NCBI RefSeq assembly: GCF_963921235.1
Contig: NC_086108.1
Span: forward strand, 109,122,001-109,186,000
Source: Mobula hypostoma
Lineage: Eukaryota
DNA: 64,000 nucleotides
Direction of reading: 5' to 3'
The notes under the pieces were generated by a model. That model saw only the letters and a list, made by a program, of their open reading frames with translations, did not search any database and was not told the DNA's origin. Of this stretch, positions 50,147 to 63,235 are shown one piece after another (position 1 is the first letter of the stretch; each line of letters starts with the position of its first letter). A program made the position numbers and the translations under genes.

Positions 50147-52409
50147 GTGGTCCAGTTCTTGTAGCTATCCTTCTGGTGGTCCACTTGTCTTCTCAGTAAT
50201 CACACACTAGGACTTCCTGTCCAACCTCGAAGCCCCTTGCTGTTTATTCTGCATTTCCCTCTGTAGATCTGGTTTCAGAAGGTCTATGCAAGATCTCAGA
50301 TTCCTGCTCATGTACAGCATTGCAGGTGTTTGATTTGTCATCGCATTAACTGTGTTCTGATACACAAAAAGGAAGTTGTCCACCTGTGCTGTAAAGGAAT
50401 TTCCTCCTTGCCCATCACTTTAATGGACTTTTGAACATTTTGATAAACCTTTTAGCCAAGCCATTCATTGCTGGGCAGTGAGGAGCTGACTTGAAATGTC
50501 TGATACCATTTTTTTCATGAACAGTCAGAATCCATCTGACGTTATTGTGGTCGGTTGTCACTCACCATTAGTTTGGGAAAGCCATTTCTGGCAAAGATAG
50601 TCCGCAGACTATTTGAGTCTTTGGGCTGACTGACTTCATTGGTCCTCAAACTTCCTGCTTGACTCCTCAATCTCTATTTGCAGATAGGCTTGTGACAAGC
50701 CAGTTTTTGAAAACCTCTCCCCACCTACCAAAGATGCAAAAATGTCTTCTTTTTGTGACCATACTCAGCATGGGCTGGTGCTCACCTTGAAATCTCCACA
50801 TATGCGAACAGCTCCAGCCTTCCCTTTCTTGATCCTCGGGAAAATGGTCATGGCCCAATCAGTCCACCCTGCCTTGGAGAGAATTCTAGACACCCCCAAG
50901 CTCTGTAGTTCAGCATCTACTTTAGGACATAGTGCGTGAGGCAATAGACACGCTTTATGGAATCTCAGTGTTGCTGCTTCATCCAGTTCAATTCTGGCCT
51001 TCATGCTTTTGAATTTTTCAATCCCCCTTCTCAACACCTTCTCATTAGCACTAAGCAGCTGTGCCAGTCTCTGGTTAGTGCTACCGTTTGGCCTGCCTTT
51101 GCCTGTTGATATCACACTGACGGCTTTGATTGAGTGTCAGTCTAGTTGGATTTTTCTCAACCATTCACGTACGAAAAGTGCTGGCCCTCCACTTCTCAAT
51201 ACGTTAGAAGTGTAGGCACTTTTGTTTGCAGCTTCATGCTGTTCCCATTACAATACAGTTCAACCCTTCAATAAATGACTCCCAGCCTTCATTAGCTCTA
51301 TTGAATTTGTCAGCTTTCCCAAATGAACTCATTGCCACATTATTTTCACTTTAAATTCAGTATGTCTTTCATTGTGTACTATGCTGTACTCTGTGACAGC
51401 TTCCTCATGCTGTTTTGTTCTCACTATTTCGTCCCGTGACTGTCAGCGCAGTTCGTGATATTCTCTGACATTCAGGTTTCTGCTCCTCACCAACTTGTTG
51501 CATCTGTGCACAACTACATATTGATTAAATAAAAGCATGGACGCGGGAGATAGCTTTAACTGGTGTACTTACATTGCAGCAAGAGAGAAAGAGAGCAATG
51601 TTCATGCGTAGACAACAGCGCATGTGCAGACAACAGAACAACGCATAATGCTAAGGGGGGAGTCATTGCTCTAAAAGAAATAAGTTCATATATTACAAGG
51701 AGCCTTTGATGGCTCTGGGCCTCTACTCACTGGAATTCAGAAAGTGAGGGGTGACTTCATTGAAAACTCTCAAATATTGAAAGGCCTTGATAGAGTGGAT
51801 GAGCAACGTATGTTTTCTGTGGTGGGGAGTCTAAGACCAGAAGACACAGCCTCAGAACAGAGAGGCGTCCTTTCAGTGTGGAGATGAAGTGGAATTTCTT
51901 TAGCCAGAAGGTGGAATTTGTTGCCACATGTGGCTGTGGAGGCCAAGTCATTGGTTTATTTAAGCAGAGGTTGATAGATTCTTGATTAGTCAGGGCATGA
52001 ACGAATATGTGAAGAAGGCAGATGACTGGGACTGAGAGGGAAAATGGATAGGCCATGATGAAAGATTTGTTGGGGTTGCTGGTACTGAACGGCTAAAATT
52101 AAAATGAAATAAATAAAAAATAAGATCAATGAACTCAGACGGCAGACTTGGGTGGTGAGCGCAGTTCCCCTTTAATAAAATGGAAGTGGGAAGCAGTTCA
52201 GGTTGACAGGTAAGGTTGAAACACAGAGCCTGACTATCTTGCTGGTGAATGTACAGTCTCCGGAAAATAAAATTGCAGAACTCAGAACTATTTATATATA
52301 CAGTGGCATGCAAAAGTTCGGGCACCCCTGGTCAAAATTTCTGTTACCGTGAATAGTTAAGTGAGTAGAAGACGAACTGATCTCCAAAAGTCATAAAGTT
52401 AAAGATGAA

Positions 52410-52575
52410 GCAACACACATCAAAGTTGCTGGTGAACGCAGCAGGCCAGGCAGCATCTCTAGGAAGAGGTGACTGCACCTCTTCCTAGAGGTGCTGCCTG
52501 GCCTGCTGCGTTCACCAGCAACTTTGATGTGTGTTGCTTGATGTTCCAGCATCTGCAGAATTCCTGTTGTTTGCG
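52410..52575. mobile_element. Fold-back mini-PLE in the left Tc1 TIR
   Basis: 64-bp arms around loop 52472-52475; TSD aagttaaagatgaa / aagttaacgatgaa (52396-52409 / 52576-52589). Confidence 0.9.
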
Positions 52576-52694
52576 AAGTTAACGATGAAACATTCTTGTC
52601 AATGTTTTAAGCAAGATTAGGGTATTATTTTTGTTTTGTGCAATCTTAGAGTGAAAAAGAGGAAAGGAGCACCATGCAAAAAGTTTGGGCACCC

Positions 52695-53843
52695 TGTGAT
52701 GGGGTCCTGAATTACCCCTATGAACTGTGCTCGATTACCTCTATGAACTGTGCTCGATTACCCCTATGAACTGTGCTTTTGAAAAGAGAGAGAGAGATAT
52801 TTAACACCGACATGTTGTTTTGAAAAGAGAGAGAGATGCTCAACAACAGACACCTTGTTAAAGACAGAGAGAGAGAGAGAGACGAAGACTGCTTTGAGAC
52901 GGTGTTATGAACCCCTAAGGTTCATATTTCCTGTGGACTCTCACTTTAAGGCACGAGGAGGAACTGAGACTAACTTTTCTGCTAAGTTCGGAGAGAGAGA
53001 GAGCACCAAGCAGCTCGTAAATCGCTATGGTGACCGAGGGCAGCGTTATTTGATGGACAATTGATGTTATAGTTTCTCTGGAGCATGTTTATACTTCCCA
53101 AGAACATTGCCTGCTTGTACATTTCTTACACAGACAGAGATGGGAGGAGTTATTTGAATGAAAGTTGGTACTCAGTATGGTGAGATAAATAGGAGATTAG
53201 ATGATAGACCTCTGGCACATGTTTTTGGACACTGAATGAGCTTTGTTGTGCCCACCGGAAAAGTGGGTTCTTGGAGGATCAATCAGGCGGAACAATCAGT
53301 GGCTCTTGCAGTGAGAAAAGGGATTGACTGGTGGGGAGTTGTCCATGTGGCCAACCCTTGCTTGGGTTGATAACTCCACCACAGAAAAATGGTCCCCTTT
53401 GTTGAAGTCACAGTCGTGACTTTTAAAAGATTTTGGAGGACAACGAAAAGATCGACAGTGTCAGCTCACCTGAAGACTCAAATCTCTCCCACTCTCTCTC
53501 TCCATCACTGCTCAACTCAACACCATGAACTGAACTGAACTTTACTCATCATCGTAAGACTATCTATTTACCCCTAGACCTGAAGAAGCTTGGTTTTCAT
53601 TTATATTCCAAACTTATTATTGTATTACACACTTAATCATTGCTAACCTGTTTGATTTATCTGCATTTATATTACATGCGTAGTTACTAATAAACACCGT
53701 TAGTTTATAGTAATACCGGACATAGAAACATAGAAAATAGGTGCATGAGTAGGCCATTCGGCCCTTCGAGTCTGCACCGCCATTCACTGCCAAAGTGTTT
53801 TCCATCTCTGCTGGCTCTTTAACCCGTCAGGGGATATGTGACA
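52695..53843 (+). mobile_element. Solo LTR (probably Gypsy) inside Tc1, containing a CR1 tail (~53719-53786, minus)
   Basis: tgtga...gtgaca termini; Tc1 sequence resumes on both sides; 3 x 23-bp tandem attacccctatgaactgtgc; aataaa near 53689; TSD not clean. Confidence 0.65.
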
Positions 53844-54014
53844 ATCTGAAGAGAGTTGAGCTCTCAGGTAACTTTTACCAAGGTTTCAGACCTTAATTAG
53901 CATGTTAGGACTATGGCTTGTTCACAATCATCACTAGGAAAGGCCAGGTGATGCAAATTTCAAAGCTTTATAAATATCCTGACTCCTCAAGCCTGGTCCC
54001 AACAATCAGCAGCC

Positions 54015-55030
54015 ATGGGCTCCACTAAGCAGCTGCCTAGCACTCTGAAAATTAAAATAAATGATGCCCACAAAGCAGGAGAAGGCTATAACAAGATAGC
54101 AAAACATTTTCAGGTAGCCATTTCCTCAGTTTGTAATGTAATTAAGAAATGGCAGTTAACGGGAATGGTGGGGGTCAAGTTGAGGTCCAGAAGACCAAGA
54201 AAACTTTCCAAAAGAACTGCTCATAGGATTGCTAGAAAGGCAAATCAAAACCCCTGATTGTCTACAAAAGACCTTCAAGAAGATTTAGCAGACTCTGGAG
54301 TGGGGGTGCACTGTTCTACTGTGTAGCAACACCTGCATAAATATGACCTTCATGGAAGAGTCATCAGAAGAAAACCTTTCATGTGTCCTCACCATAAAAT
54401 TCAGTGTCAGAAGTTTGCAAAGGAACATCTAAACAAGCCTGATGCATTTTGGAAACAAGTCCTGTGGACTGATGAAGTTAAAATAGAACTTTTTGGCCGC
54501 AATGAGCGAAGCTATGTTTGGAGAAAAAAGGGTACAGAATTTCATGAAAAGAACCCCTCTCCAACTGTGAAGCACGGGGGTGGATCGATCATGCTTTGGG
54601 CTTGTGTTGCAGCCAGTGGCACGGGGAACATTTCACTGGTAGAGGGAAGAATGAATTCAATTAAATACCAGTAAATTCTAGAAACAAACATCACACCGTC
54701 TGTAAAAAAGCTGAAGATGAAAAGAGGATAGCTTCTACAACAGGATAATAATGCTAAACACACCTCAAAATCCACAATGGATACCTCAAGAGGCGCAAGC
54801 TGAAGGTTTTGCCATGGCCCTCACAGTTCCCTGACCTAAACGTCATCAAGAATCTGTGGATAGACCTCAAAAGAGCTTTGCATGCAAGACGGCCCAAGAA
54901 TCTTACAGAACTAGAAGCCTTTTGCAAGGAAGAATGGGCAAAAATCCCCCAAACAAGAATTGAAAGACTCAGCTGGCTACGGAAAGCGTTTACAAGCTGT
55001 GATACTTGCCAAAGGGGGTGTTACTAAGTA
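54015..55030 (+). pseudogene. Tc1 DD34E transposase, inactivated
   Basis: HTH region GEGYNKIAK, VLWTDEVKIELFG, TVKHGGGSIMLWAC, QQDN, WPSQFPDLNVIKNLW (catalytic E replaced by K); several stops and frameshifts. Confidence 0.9.
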
Positions 55031-55156
55031 TTGATCATGCAGGGTGCCCAAACTTTTGCTTCGGGCTCTTTTCCTTTTTCATTATTTTGAAACTGTAAAA
55101 GATGTAATTCAAAAAGTAATCTTGCTTAAAATATTAAAGAAATGTGTCATCTTTAA

Positions 55157-55217
55157 CATAGTCATGGTCATAGTCATAGTCATAGTCATACTTTATTGAT
55201 CCCGAGGGAAATTGGGT
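55157..55217 (-). mobile_element. Rex/Babar (TATGAC)n extreme 3' end in the right Tc1 TIR
   Basis: Reverse complement of ccaatttccctcgggatcaataaag(tatgac)n. Confidence 0.85.
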
Positions 55218-56984
55218 AAACTTTATGCTTTTTGGAAATCAGGTTATCTTTTACTCACTTAGCTATTCACAGCAACAGAAATTTTGACCGGGGTGCCCAA
55301 ACTTTTGCATGCCCCCGTATGTATACACACTTTCTTTCTAATTTACAGTTTTATCATTATGCATTGCAATGCATTGTTACCGCAAAACAACAGATTTCAT
55401 GATTCATGATTCCGATTTTGGTTCTGAAACTCTGAAACTGCAGAGAGTTATGGGCACAGCTCCGCACATCACAGCAACTAGGCTCCCCCTCCATGAACTC
55501 GACCCACACCTCAGAAAAGCACCCAGCATATTCAAAGACCACACCCACCAGAGGACCGAAAGCAGATATCACCGGACTCATATCCCACTGTTATAAAATA
55601 ATTAAATGGTTCGCAAGTACAATGGACCCTTGACCTCACAAACTTAAACAAAAGCAATTCAGCAGATGCTGGAAATCCTGAGCAACATACATAAAATGCT
55701 GGAGGAACGTAGCAAATCAGGCCTTATCTATGTAGAGGAATAAACAGTCAGTATTTTGAGACAAGACACACCCTCAGGATTCTCCTCCATAGATGCTGCT
55801 TGAACTGCTGAGCTGCTCCAGTTTTTTATCTGTGATGTCCTGACAATCTCCTTCTGCATATACTCTGCCTAGGAATTTTTGGATTCTATTTCACATTTCC
55901 TCGCTCTTCCTTTCCGGTCTTGATGAAGGGTCTCAGCCCAAAACATTGAATGTTCTTCATGTTCATAGATACTGCCTGATCTATTGAGTTCCTCTAGCAT
56001 TTTGTGTATGTTGTTCTGGACTTCCAGCAATTACAGAATCTCTTGTGTTTAAGATTGTATGGTCAAGAATCTTTTGAACTGGGGACCTAATTATAGATCC
56101 CCCATAGATGCTGCTTCATTTGCAGAGTTTCTCAAGCATCTTGTGTCTTTTGCTCTGGATTTTGTTTCAGATTTCTCCCCTTGCTTCCTCCAGATTTCCA
56201 GCATCTGCAGCTCTTTGTCTGATTTGCCTGCACTGCAAGAAAGTACCTGCTGCTAGTAACAGTGGGGTCTCTGATCGAGAACAGCGTATTAACTTCTGAA
56301 CTGCACAGCCCCCCCCACCCCCGTGCAGCGTCAGTGAAGACATGGTTGTGGTTTTTCAAATCGCTGAAGAGTTCCTGCTCCTTGCATTGTCTGTGCTTAC
56401 AGCTGTGCAGAAAAAAAAAGGAAAAGTAAGGGCAAATACAGCAGACAGGAAGTATGTTTAGTTGCAATTAACTCACAGTGTAGGATCAGCAATTCTCAAC
56501 ACCATACAATGTAAGCAATCCAATTTTGCAGTGTAATGGTTACAGCTACTGGAAGAAAATTAAAATAAGGCGGGCCATTCAGCCCCTTGTCTCTCTTCAA
56601 TCACTCAATAAATAGTTAAATTGGTAATCAGTTTATTATTGTCACATGTACAATTTTAAAAAATGATAAACACAAGAGACTGCAGATGCTGGAAACCCAG
56701 AACAATACACACATAAAATGCTAGAGGAACTCAGCAGGTCAGGCAGCATCTATGGAGAGGAATAAGCAGTCGACGTTTCAGGTTGAGACCATCCTGGCCT
56801 GCAGAAGTCCTTCAGCATTTTATGCATGTTACAATTTTTAAAAAAACGTTTTGCGTTCTATCCATACCAAACAGAATCATATTTATTATCCCTATCAAAT
56901 CTGTGAAATTTGTTCTTTTACTGCCACTGCACAGTGCAATACATAAAATATGCCACAAATTATGTAATTTCTTAACCCACACTG

Positions 56985-57470
56985 TTCACTTCTACCTGCG
57001 ACCCAAAGTCCAGAAACCGGACTGTCCTGATAGGCCTACGGTCTCTGCCTGCTCCTGCCCTACTGAAAACGGGTCCTCATATCTTGACTCCATTCCAGCC
57101 CCTTCAGTCAGTCCCTTCCCAACTATATCCATGATGCTTTTCCTGTCCTCGCTCTTCTCAGTAACTTTCACTTCCCTGTCCTTGAACGCCTCATCTTCAA
57201 CATGGATGTTCAGTCCCTATGCACTTCTGTCCCCCAATCGGAAGGCCTCAGAGCTCTCCACTTCTCTCCTGACAGAAAAACCAACCAATTCCCCTCCACC
57301 ACCATCCTCCTCTGTCTGGCAGAACTGGTCCACATCCTGAACAATTTTTGTTTCAGCTCCTCACACTTTGTCCAGACTGGAGGGGTAGCCATGGGCATTC
57401 ACATGGGCCGCAGCTATGCCTGCCTCTTCGTTGGCTATCTAGAACAGTTTATGTTCCAAACCTTCTCCAT
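56985..57470 (+). mobile_element. Penelope-like RT fragment
   Basis: FYLRPKVQKPDCPDRPTVSACSCPTE; MDVQSLCTSVP; GVAMGIHMGRSYACLFVGY. Confidence 0.85.
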
Positions 57471-57489
57471 TTATACTAGATGGGGCTAG

Positions 57490-59270
57490 GGATTTAGATA
57501 TCAGGATCATTGAGACTGCTTTTAGGGCAGGTGTGACCTGTATAAAAGGACGGGTTGCACTTGAATCTGAGGGGGACCGATATCCTGGCGGGGCGGTTTG
57601 CTGATGCTTTTCAGAAGTATTTAAACTAGATTTGCAGGGGGTGGTGGCAACCGAAGAGAAGAGACAGAGGAATGGACAGTTGGCACACAAGTAGAGGCAG
57701 CTTGTAGGGAGTCTGTGAGAGAGGATAGGCAGATGATAGAGCAAAGATGCACTCAGCCTGATGGTTTGAGAAGTGTCTCTTTTAACGCAAGGAGTATCAT
57801 AAACAAGGTGGATGAACTTAGAACGTGGATCAATACATTGAACTATGACATTGTGGTCATCACAGAGACTTGGATGTCTCAGGAGCAGGAATGGGTGCTG
57901 AGTGTGCCAGGTTTTAGATGTTTCAAAAAGGACAGGGAGGGAGCCAAAAGAGGTGGAAGTGTGGCATTGCTAATCAGGGATAGTGTCACATCTGCAGACA
58001 AGGAGGAAGTCATGGAGGGATTATCTACTGAGTCAGTGTGGGTGGAAATCAGAAACAGGAAAGGGGCAATAACTCTACTGGGTGTTTTTTATAGACCCCC
58101 CCCCCAATAGTAACAGGGACATCGAGAAGCAGATAGGGAGGCAGATTCTGGAACAGTGCAGTAATAATAGGGTTGTTGTGTTGGGAGATTTTAACTTTCC
58201 TAACATTGACTGACATCTCCTTAGAGCTAAGGGTTTAGATGGAGTGGAGTTTGCTAAGTGTGTTCAGGAAGGTTTCTTGATGTTGCAATATGTTGATAAG
58301 CCAACTAGAGGAGAAGTTGTACTTGATCTGGTATTGGGAAATGACCTGGTCAGGTGTCAGATCTCTCGGTGGGAAAGCATTTTGGAGGTAGTGACCACAA
58401 CTCTATCTCCTTTACCATAGTGCCAAAGAAGGATAGGAGCAGACAATTTGGGAAAACATTTAATTGGGGTAGGGGGAAGTATGATGCTATTGGGCAGGAA
58501 CTTGGGAGGATAAATTGGGAGCAGATGTTCTCAGGGAAAAGCAAGGCAGAAATGTGGCAAATGTTCAGGGAATATTTGCATGGCATTCTGCATAGGTATG
58601 TTCCATTGAGGCTAAGGTAAAAGAACCATCATGTTCAAAGGATGTGGAAAATCTAGTTAAGAGGAAAATAAAGGCTTACAAAAGGTTCAAGAAACTAGAT
58701 GCTGATAGAGTTCTAGAAAATTATAAGGTTGCCAGGAAGGAGCTTAAGAATGAAATTAGGAGAGCTAGAAGGGGCCATGAGAAGGACTTGGTGAGCAGGA
58801 TTAAGGAAAACCCTAAGGCATTCTACAAGTATGTGAAGAGCAAGAGGAAGAGCTATGTGAGAATAGGACTAATCAGGTGTGATAGTGGAAATGTGTGCAA
58901 GGAGTCAGAGGAGGTAGTTGTGATACTTACTAAATACTTTGCTTTAGTATTCACCAGTGAAAAGGACCTCGGCAATTGCGGGGATGAGTTACAGCGGACT
59001 GAAACGCCTGTGCATATGGACATTAAGGAAGAGGATGTGTTGGAACTTTTGAAAAACATTACGTTAGATAAGTCACCGGGACTGGACGAGATGTACCCTA
59101 GGCTACTGTGGAATGCGAAGGAAGAGATTGCTGAGCCTCTGTTGATGATCTTTGCATCATCAATGGGGACAGGAGAAGTACCGGAGGATTGGAGGGTTGC
59201 AAATGTTGTTCTATTGTTTAAGAAAGGGAGTAGAGACAACTCAGGAAATTCTCAACCAGTGAGTCTTACC
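57490..59270 (+). mobile_element. CR1 ORF1 end, ORF2 endonuclease and RT N-terminus, 3'-truncated
   Basis: FNARSIINKVDELR...YDIVVITETW; GGSDHNSI; KSPGLDEMYPRLL; VPEDWRVANV. Confidence 0.88.
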
Positions 59271-59274
59271 TAGT

Positions 59275-62200
59275 ATAGTAAGTGGCTGTTGTGTGTTCTT
59301 CATGTTGGATGTTAAGAGTCCTGGGAGACCTCTTCTCCCAGGGGACTACAGCTGCAGGTAGTGCATCTTGCTGCATCTCCTTGAAGACCGTGTTAGGGAT
59401 CTGGAACAGCAGCTGGATGACCTTCGGCTTATATGGGAGAGTGAGGAGATCATTGATCACAGTTACAGGGAAGTGGTCACCCCTAGGTTGCAGCAGGTGA
59501 GTAGCTGGGTGACTGTCAGGAGAAATGGAAATGTGAACAGGCAGTTAGCGCAGCGCATCCATGGCCATTCCCCTCAATAATAAGTATATTCTTTTAGATA
59601 CTGTTGTGGGGAATGACCTCCCTGGAGGATGCCATGGAGAACACGTTACTGGCACTGACTATGGGTCCATGGTGCAGAAGGGAAAGAGAGAGAAGAGGGG
59701 ATCAGTAGTGATATGGGGAGTCAATAATGAGGGGAACAGACAGGAGATTCTGTGGACGTGAATGGAACACCCGGATGGTTTGTTGCCTCCCATGTACCAG
59801 GGTCAGGGACGTCTCAGATCACATCCACGGCTTTTTGGAGGGGAGGGGGAGCAGCCAGATGTCTTGGTACATATCAGTACCAATCACATAGGAAGGAAAA
59901 GCAAAAGGTTCCTGAAGAGGGAATTTAGAGAGCTAGGTAGAAAGCTGAGAAGTAGGACCTCCAGGGTAGTGATTTCTGGATTGCTGCCTGTGCCATGTGC
60001 CAGTGAGGGTAGCAACAGGATGATTTGGCAGATAAATGTGTGGCTGAGAAGCTGGTGCAGGAGAAGGACTTCAGGTTCTTGGATCATTGGGATCTCTTCT
60101 GGCGGAGGTATAACGTACAAAAGTGATGGTTTGCACCTGAACCTAAGAGGGGGCCAATATTCTCGCGGGCAAGTTTGTTGGAGTTGCTGGGGAGGCTTTA
60201 AGCTAATTTGGCAGGGGAATGGGAACCAGAGTGAAGGGACTCAGGATAGGACAGATGGTGAAAAAGCAAAGATAGCGTGCAGTCAGAATGTCTTGAAGGG
60301 CAGGCAAATGAAAGGACAAAATTGCAGCCAGCAAGGTGAGTATCAATATATTAGGGATGTAGAATCGAAAAAAGGTAGCAAATACAGTACTCAAAGTGTT
60401 ACATCTCAGTGCACGGAGTATAAGAAATAAGGTAGATAATCTTGTCGCACTATTACAGATCGTCAGGTATGATCAAGCAACACACATCAAAGTTGCTGGT
60501 GAACGCAGCAGGCCAGGCAGCATCTCTAGGAAGAGGTACAGTCGACGTTTCGGGCCGAGACCCTTTGTCAGGACTAACTGAAAGAAGAGGTAGTAAGAGA
60601 TTTGAAAGTGGGAGGGGGATGGGGGAAGTCCCGAAACGTCGACTGTACTTCTTCCTGTAGATGCTGCCTGGCCTGCTGCGTTCCACCAGCAATTTTTATG
60701 TGTGTCGTCAGGTATGATGTTGTGGCCATCACTGAATTATGGCTGAAGATTGAAGGTGGGAGCTGAATATCCAGGGTTACATGTTGTATCGGAAGGATAG
60801 GAAGATAGGCAGAGGGGACGGCGTGGCTTTGCTATAAAGAATGACATTAAATCAGTAGAAATATGTGACATAGTATCAGAAGATGTTGAATCCTTGTGGG
60901 TTAAATTAAGAAACTGCAAGGGTGAAAGGACTCTGATGGCTGTTATATGCAGGCCTCCCAACAGGAGCTGGGATGTGGACCACAGATTACAACAAGGAAT
61001 AGAGAAGGCATGCCAAAAGAGCAATGTTATGATAGTCATGGGAGATTTTAACACACAGGTTGATTGGGAAAATCAGGTTGGTAATGGATCTCAAGAGAGT
61101 GAGTTTGTTGAATGCCTATAAGATGGCTTTTCAGAGCAGTTTGTCGTTGAGCCTACGAAGGGATCAGCTAAACTGGACTGGGTGCAATGCAACGAACCAG
61201 GGTTGATTAGGGAGGTTAAGGTAAATGAATCCTTAGGAAGCAGTGATCACAATGATAGAGTTCAACTTGAAATTTGATAGGGATAATGTAAAGTCTGATG
61301 TAGCAGTATTTCAGTGGAATAAAGGAAATTACATTGGTAAGGGAGAGGAGTTGGCCAAAGTAAATTAGAAAGGGATGCTGGCAGGGATGACAGCAGAGCA
61401 GCAATGGCAGGAGTTTCTGGGAAAAATGAGGAAGATGCAGGATAGATATATTCCAAAAATGAAGAAATACTCAAATGGCAAAATAATACAAGAGATGAGA
61501 GTGGATATAGAGCCAATGAAGGAATGAGGCCAGAGAAATAATAACAGGGGGTAAGGAAATGGCAGATGAACTAAATGAGTATTTTATATCAGTCTTCACT
61601 GTGGGAGACACTAGCAATGTGTCAGATGGTGAAGGGTGTGAAGGAAGAGAAGTGAATGCTCAAAAAGCTGAAAGACCTAAAGGTGCAGTACATAAGAGGT
61701 AGCAGTCGAGATTGTGGAGGCGTTAGTAATGATCTTTCAAAGCTCATTGGACTCTGGCATGGTGCCAGAGGACTGGAAAATTGCAAATGTCACTCCACTC
61801 TTTAAGAAAGCAGCAGAATTGAAAATATTAACCAGTTAACCTGACCTCAATGGTTGGGAAGATGTTAGAGTCAATTGTTAAGGATTAGGTTATGGAGTAC
61901 TTGGTGACACAGGACAAGATAGGAAAATTATCAGTATGGTTTCCTTAAGGGAAAACCTTGCCTAATGAACTTGTTGGAATTCTTTGAGGAGATTACAAGT
62001 AGGATGAATAAAGAGGATGCAGTGGATGTTGAATATTTGGACTTTCAGAAGGCCTTTGACAAGGTGCCACGCATGAGGCTGCTTACCAAGTTAAGAGCCC
62101 ATGGTATTAGAGGAAAGTTACTGGCATGGTTAGACTGTTGGCTGATTGGTAGGAGGCAGTGACTGGGAATAAAAGGGTCCTTTTCTGGTCAGTTGCCAGT

Positions 62201-63235
62201 GTTAAGTGGTGGTCCACAGGAGTCAGTACTGGGACCACTTTTTTTTTATGCTGTATATATATAAGAGATTTAGATGATGGAATAGATGGCTTTGTTGCCA
62301 AGTTTGCAGATGATACGAAGATTGGTGGAGGGGCAGGTAGTGTTGAGGAAACAGGTAGGCTGCAGAAGGACTTAGACAGATTAGGAGAATGGGCAAGAAA
62401 GTGGCAAATGAAATACAATGCTGGAAAATGTGTGGTCATGCACGTAGATAGTAGAAATAAATGTGCAGACTATTTTCTAAATGGGGAGAGATCCAAAATC
62501 TGAGATGTAGAGGGACTTGAGAGACCTTGTGCAGAACACCCTTAAGGTTAACTTGCAGATAGAGTTGGTGGTGAGGAAGGCAAATGCAATGTTGGCATTC
62601 ATTTCTAAGAGGCCGAGAATATAAGAGCAAGGACGTGATGCCGAGGTTTTATAAGGCACTGGTGAGGCCTCACCTTGAGTTTTGTGAACAGTTTTGGGCT
62701 CCTCATCTAAGAAAGGATGTGCTGGCATTGGAGAGGGTTCAGAGGTGTTTCACAAAAATGATTCTGGGAATGAAAGGGTTATCATACAAGGAACATGCGA
62801 TAGCTAGGGTCTGTACTCGCTGGAATTTAAAATGAGGAGGGGTCTCATTGAAACCTTCCAATTGTTGAAAAGGCCTGGTCAGAATAGATGTGGAAAGGGT
62901 GTTTCTTATAGTGAGGCAGTCTAAGACAAGAGTGCTCAGCCTCAGGATAGAGGGGCAGCCATTTAAAACAGAGATGCAGAGAAATTTCTTTAGCCAGAGG
63001 GTGGTGAATTTGTGAAATATGTTACCGCAGGCAGCTGTGGAGGCCAGGTTATTGGGTGTATTTAAGGCAGAAATTGATAGTTTCTTGATTGGACATGGCA
63101 TCAAACGTTACAGGGAGAGGGCTGGGGAGTGAGACTGAGGAAGAGAAAAAAGGATCAACCATGATTGAAAGGCAGAGCAGACTCTTTGGACGAAGGGTCT
63201 CACTCTGCTCCTGTGTCTTATGGTCTTATGGTTTT
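59275..63235 (+). mobile_element. Nearly full-length degenerate CR1 (ORF1 zinc finger/esterase, ORF2 APE-RT, tail)
   Basis: AVVCSSCWM; VHISTNHIG; SDGLHLN; VMGDFN; YLDFQKAFDKVP; KFADDTK; (TCTTATGG)n tail. Confidence 0.88.
60474..60704. mobile_element. Fold-back mini-PLE with non-identical arms
   Basis: Perfect 14-bp TSD tcgtcaggtatgat (60460-60473 / 60705-60718). Confidence 0.9.

Larger units (their letters stand above)
49008..51697 (-). mobile_element. Ty3/Gypsy (Mag-like) LTR retrotransposon, internally deleted
   Basis: ~200-bp TG...CA LTRs at 49008-49384 (interrupted) and 51496-51697; TSD aagag / aggag; PPT at 49385-49398; PBS-like tggtgaggagc; RT remnant KVDAEL...W..I.P..K..GAVRICGDFKV. 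Confidence 0.85.
48580..52060 (+). mobile_element. CR1 3' fragment split by a Gypsy element
   Basis: LYRALVTPHLEYCEQFWAPYLRKD before 49007; homology resumes at 51698. Confidence 0.8.
52301..55317 (+). mobile_element. Tc1-like IR/DR DNA transposon with nested insertions
   Basis: TA-flanked TIRs cagtggcatgcaaaagttcgggcacccc / ggggtgcccaaacttttgcatgcccccg; internal direct repeats at ~52673 and ~55041. Confidence 0.92.
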
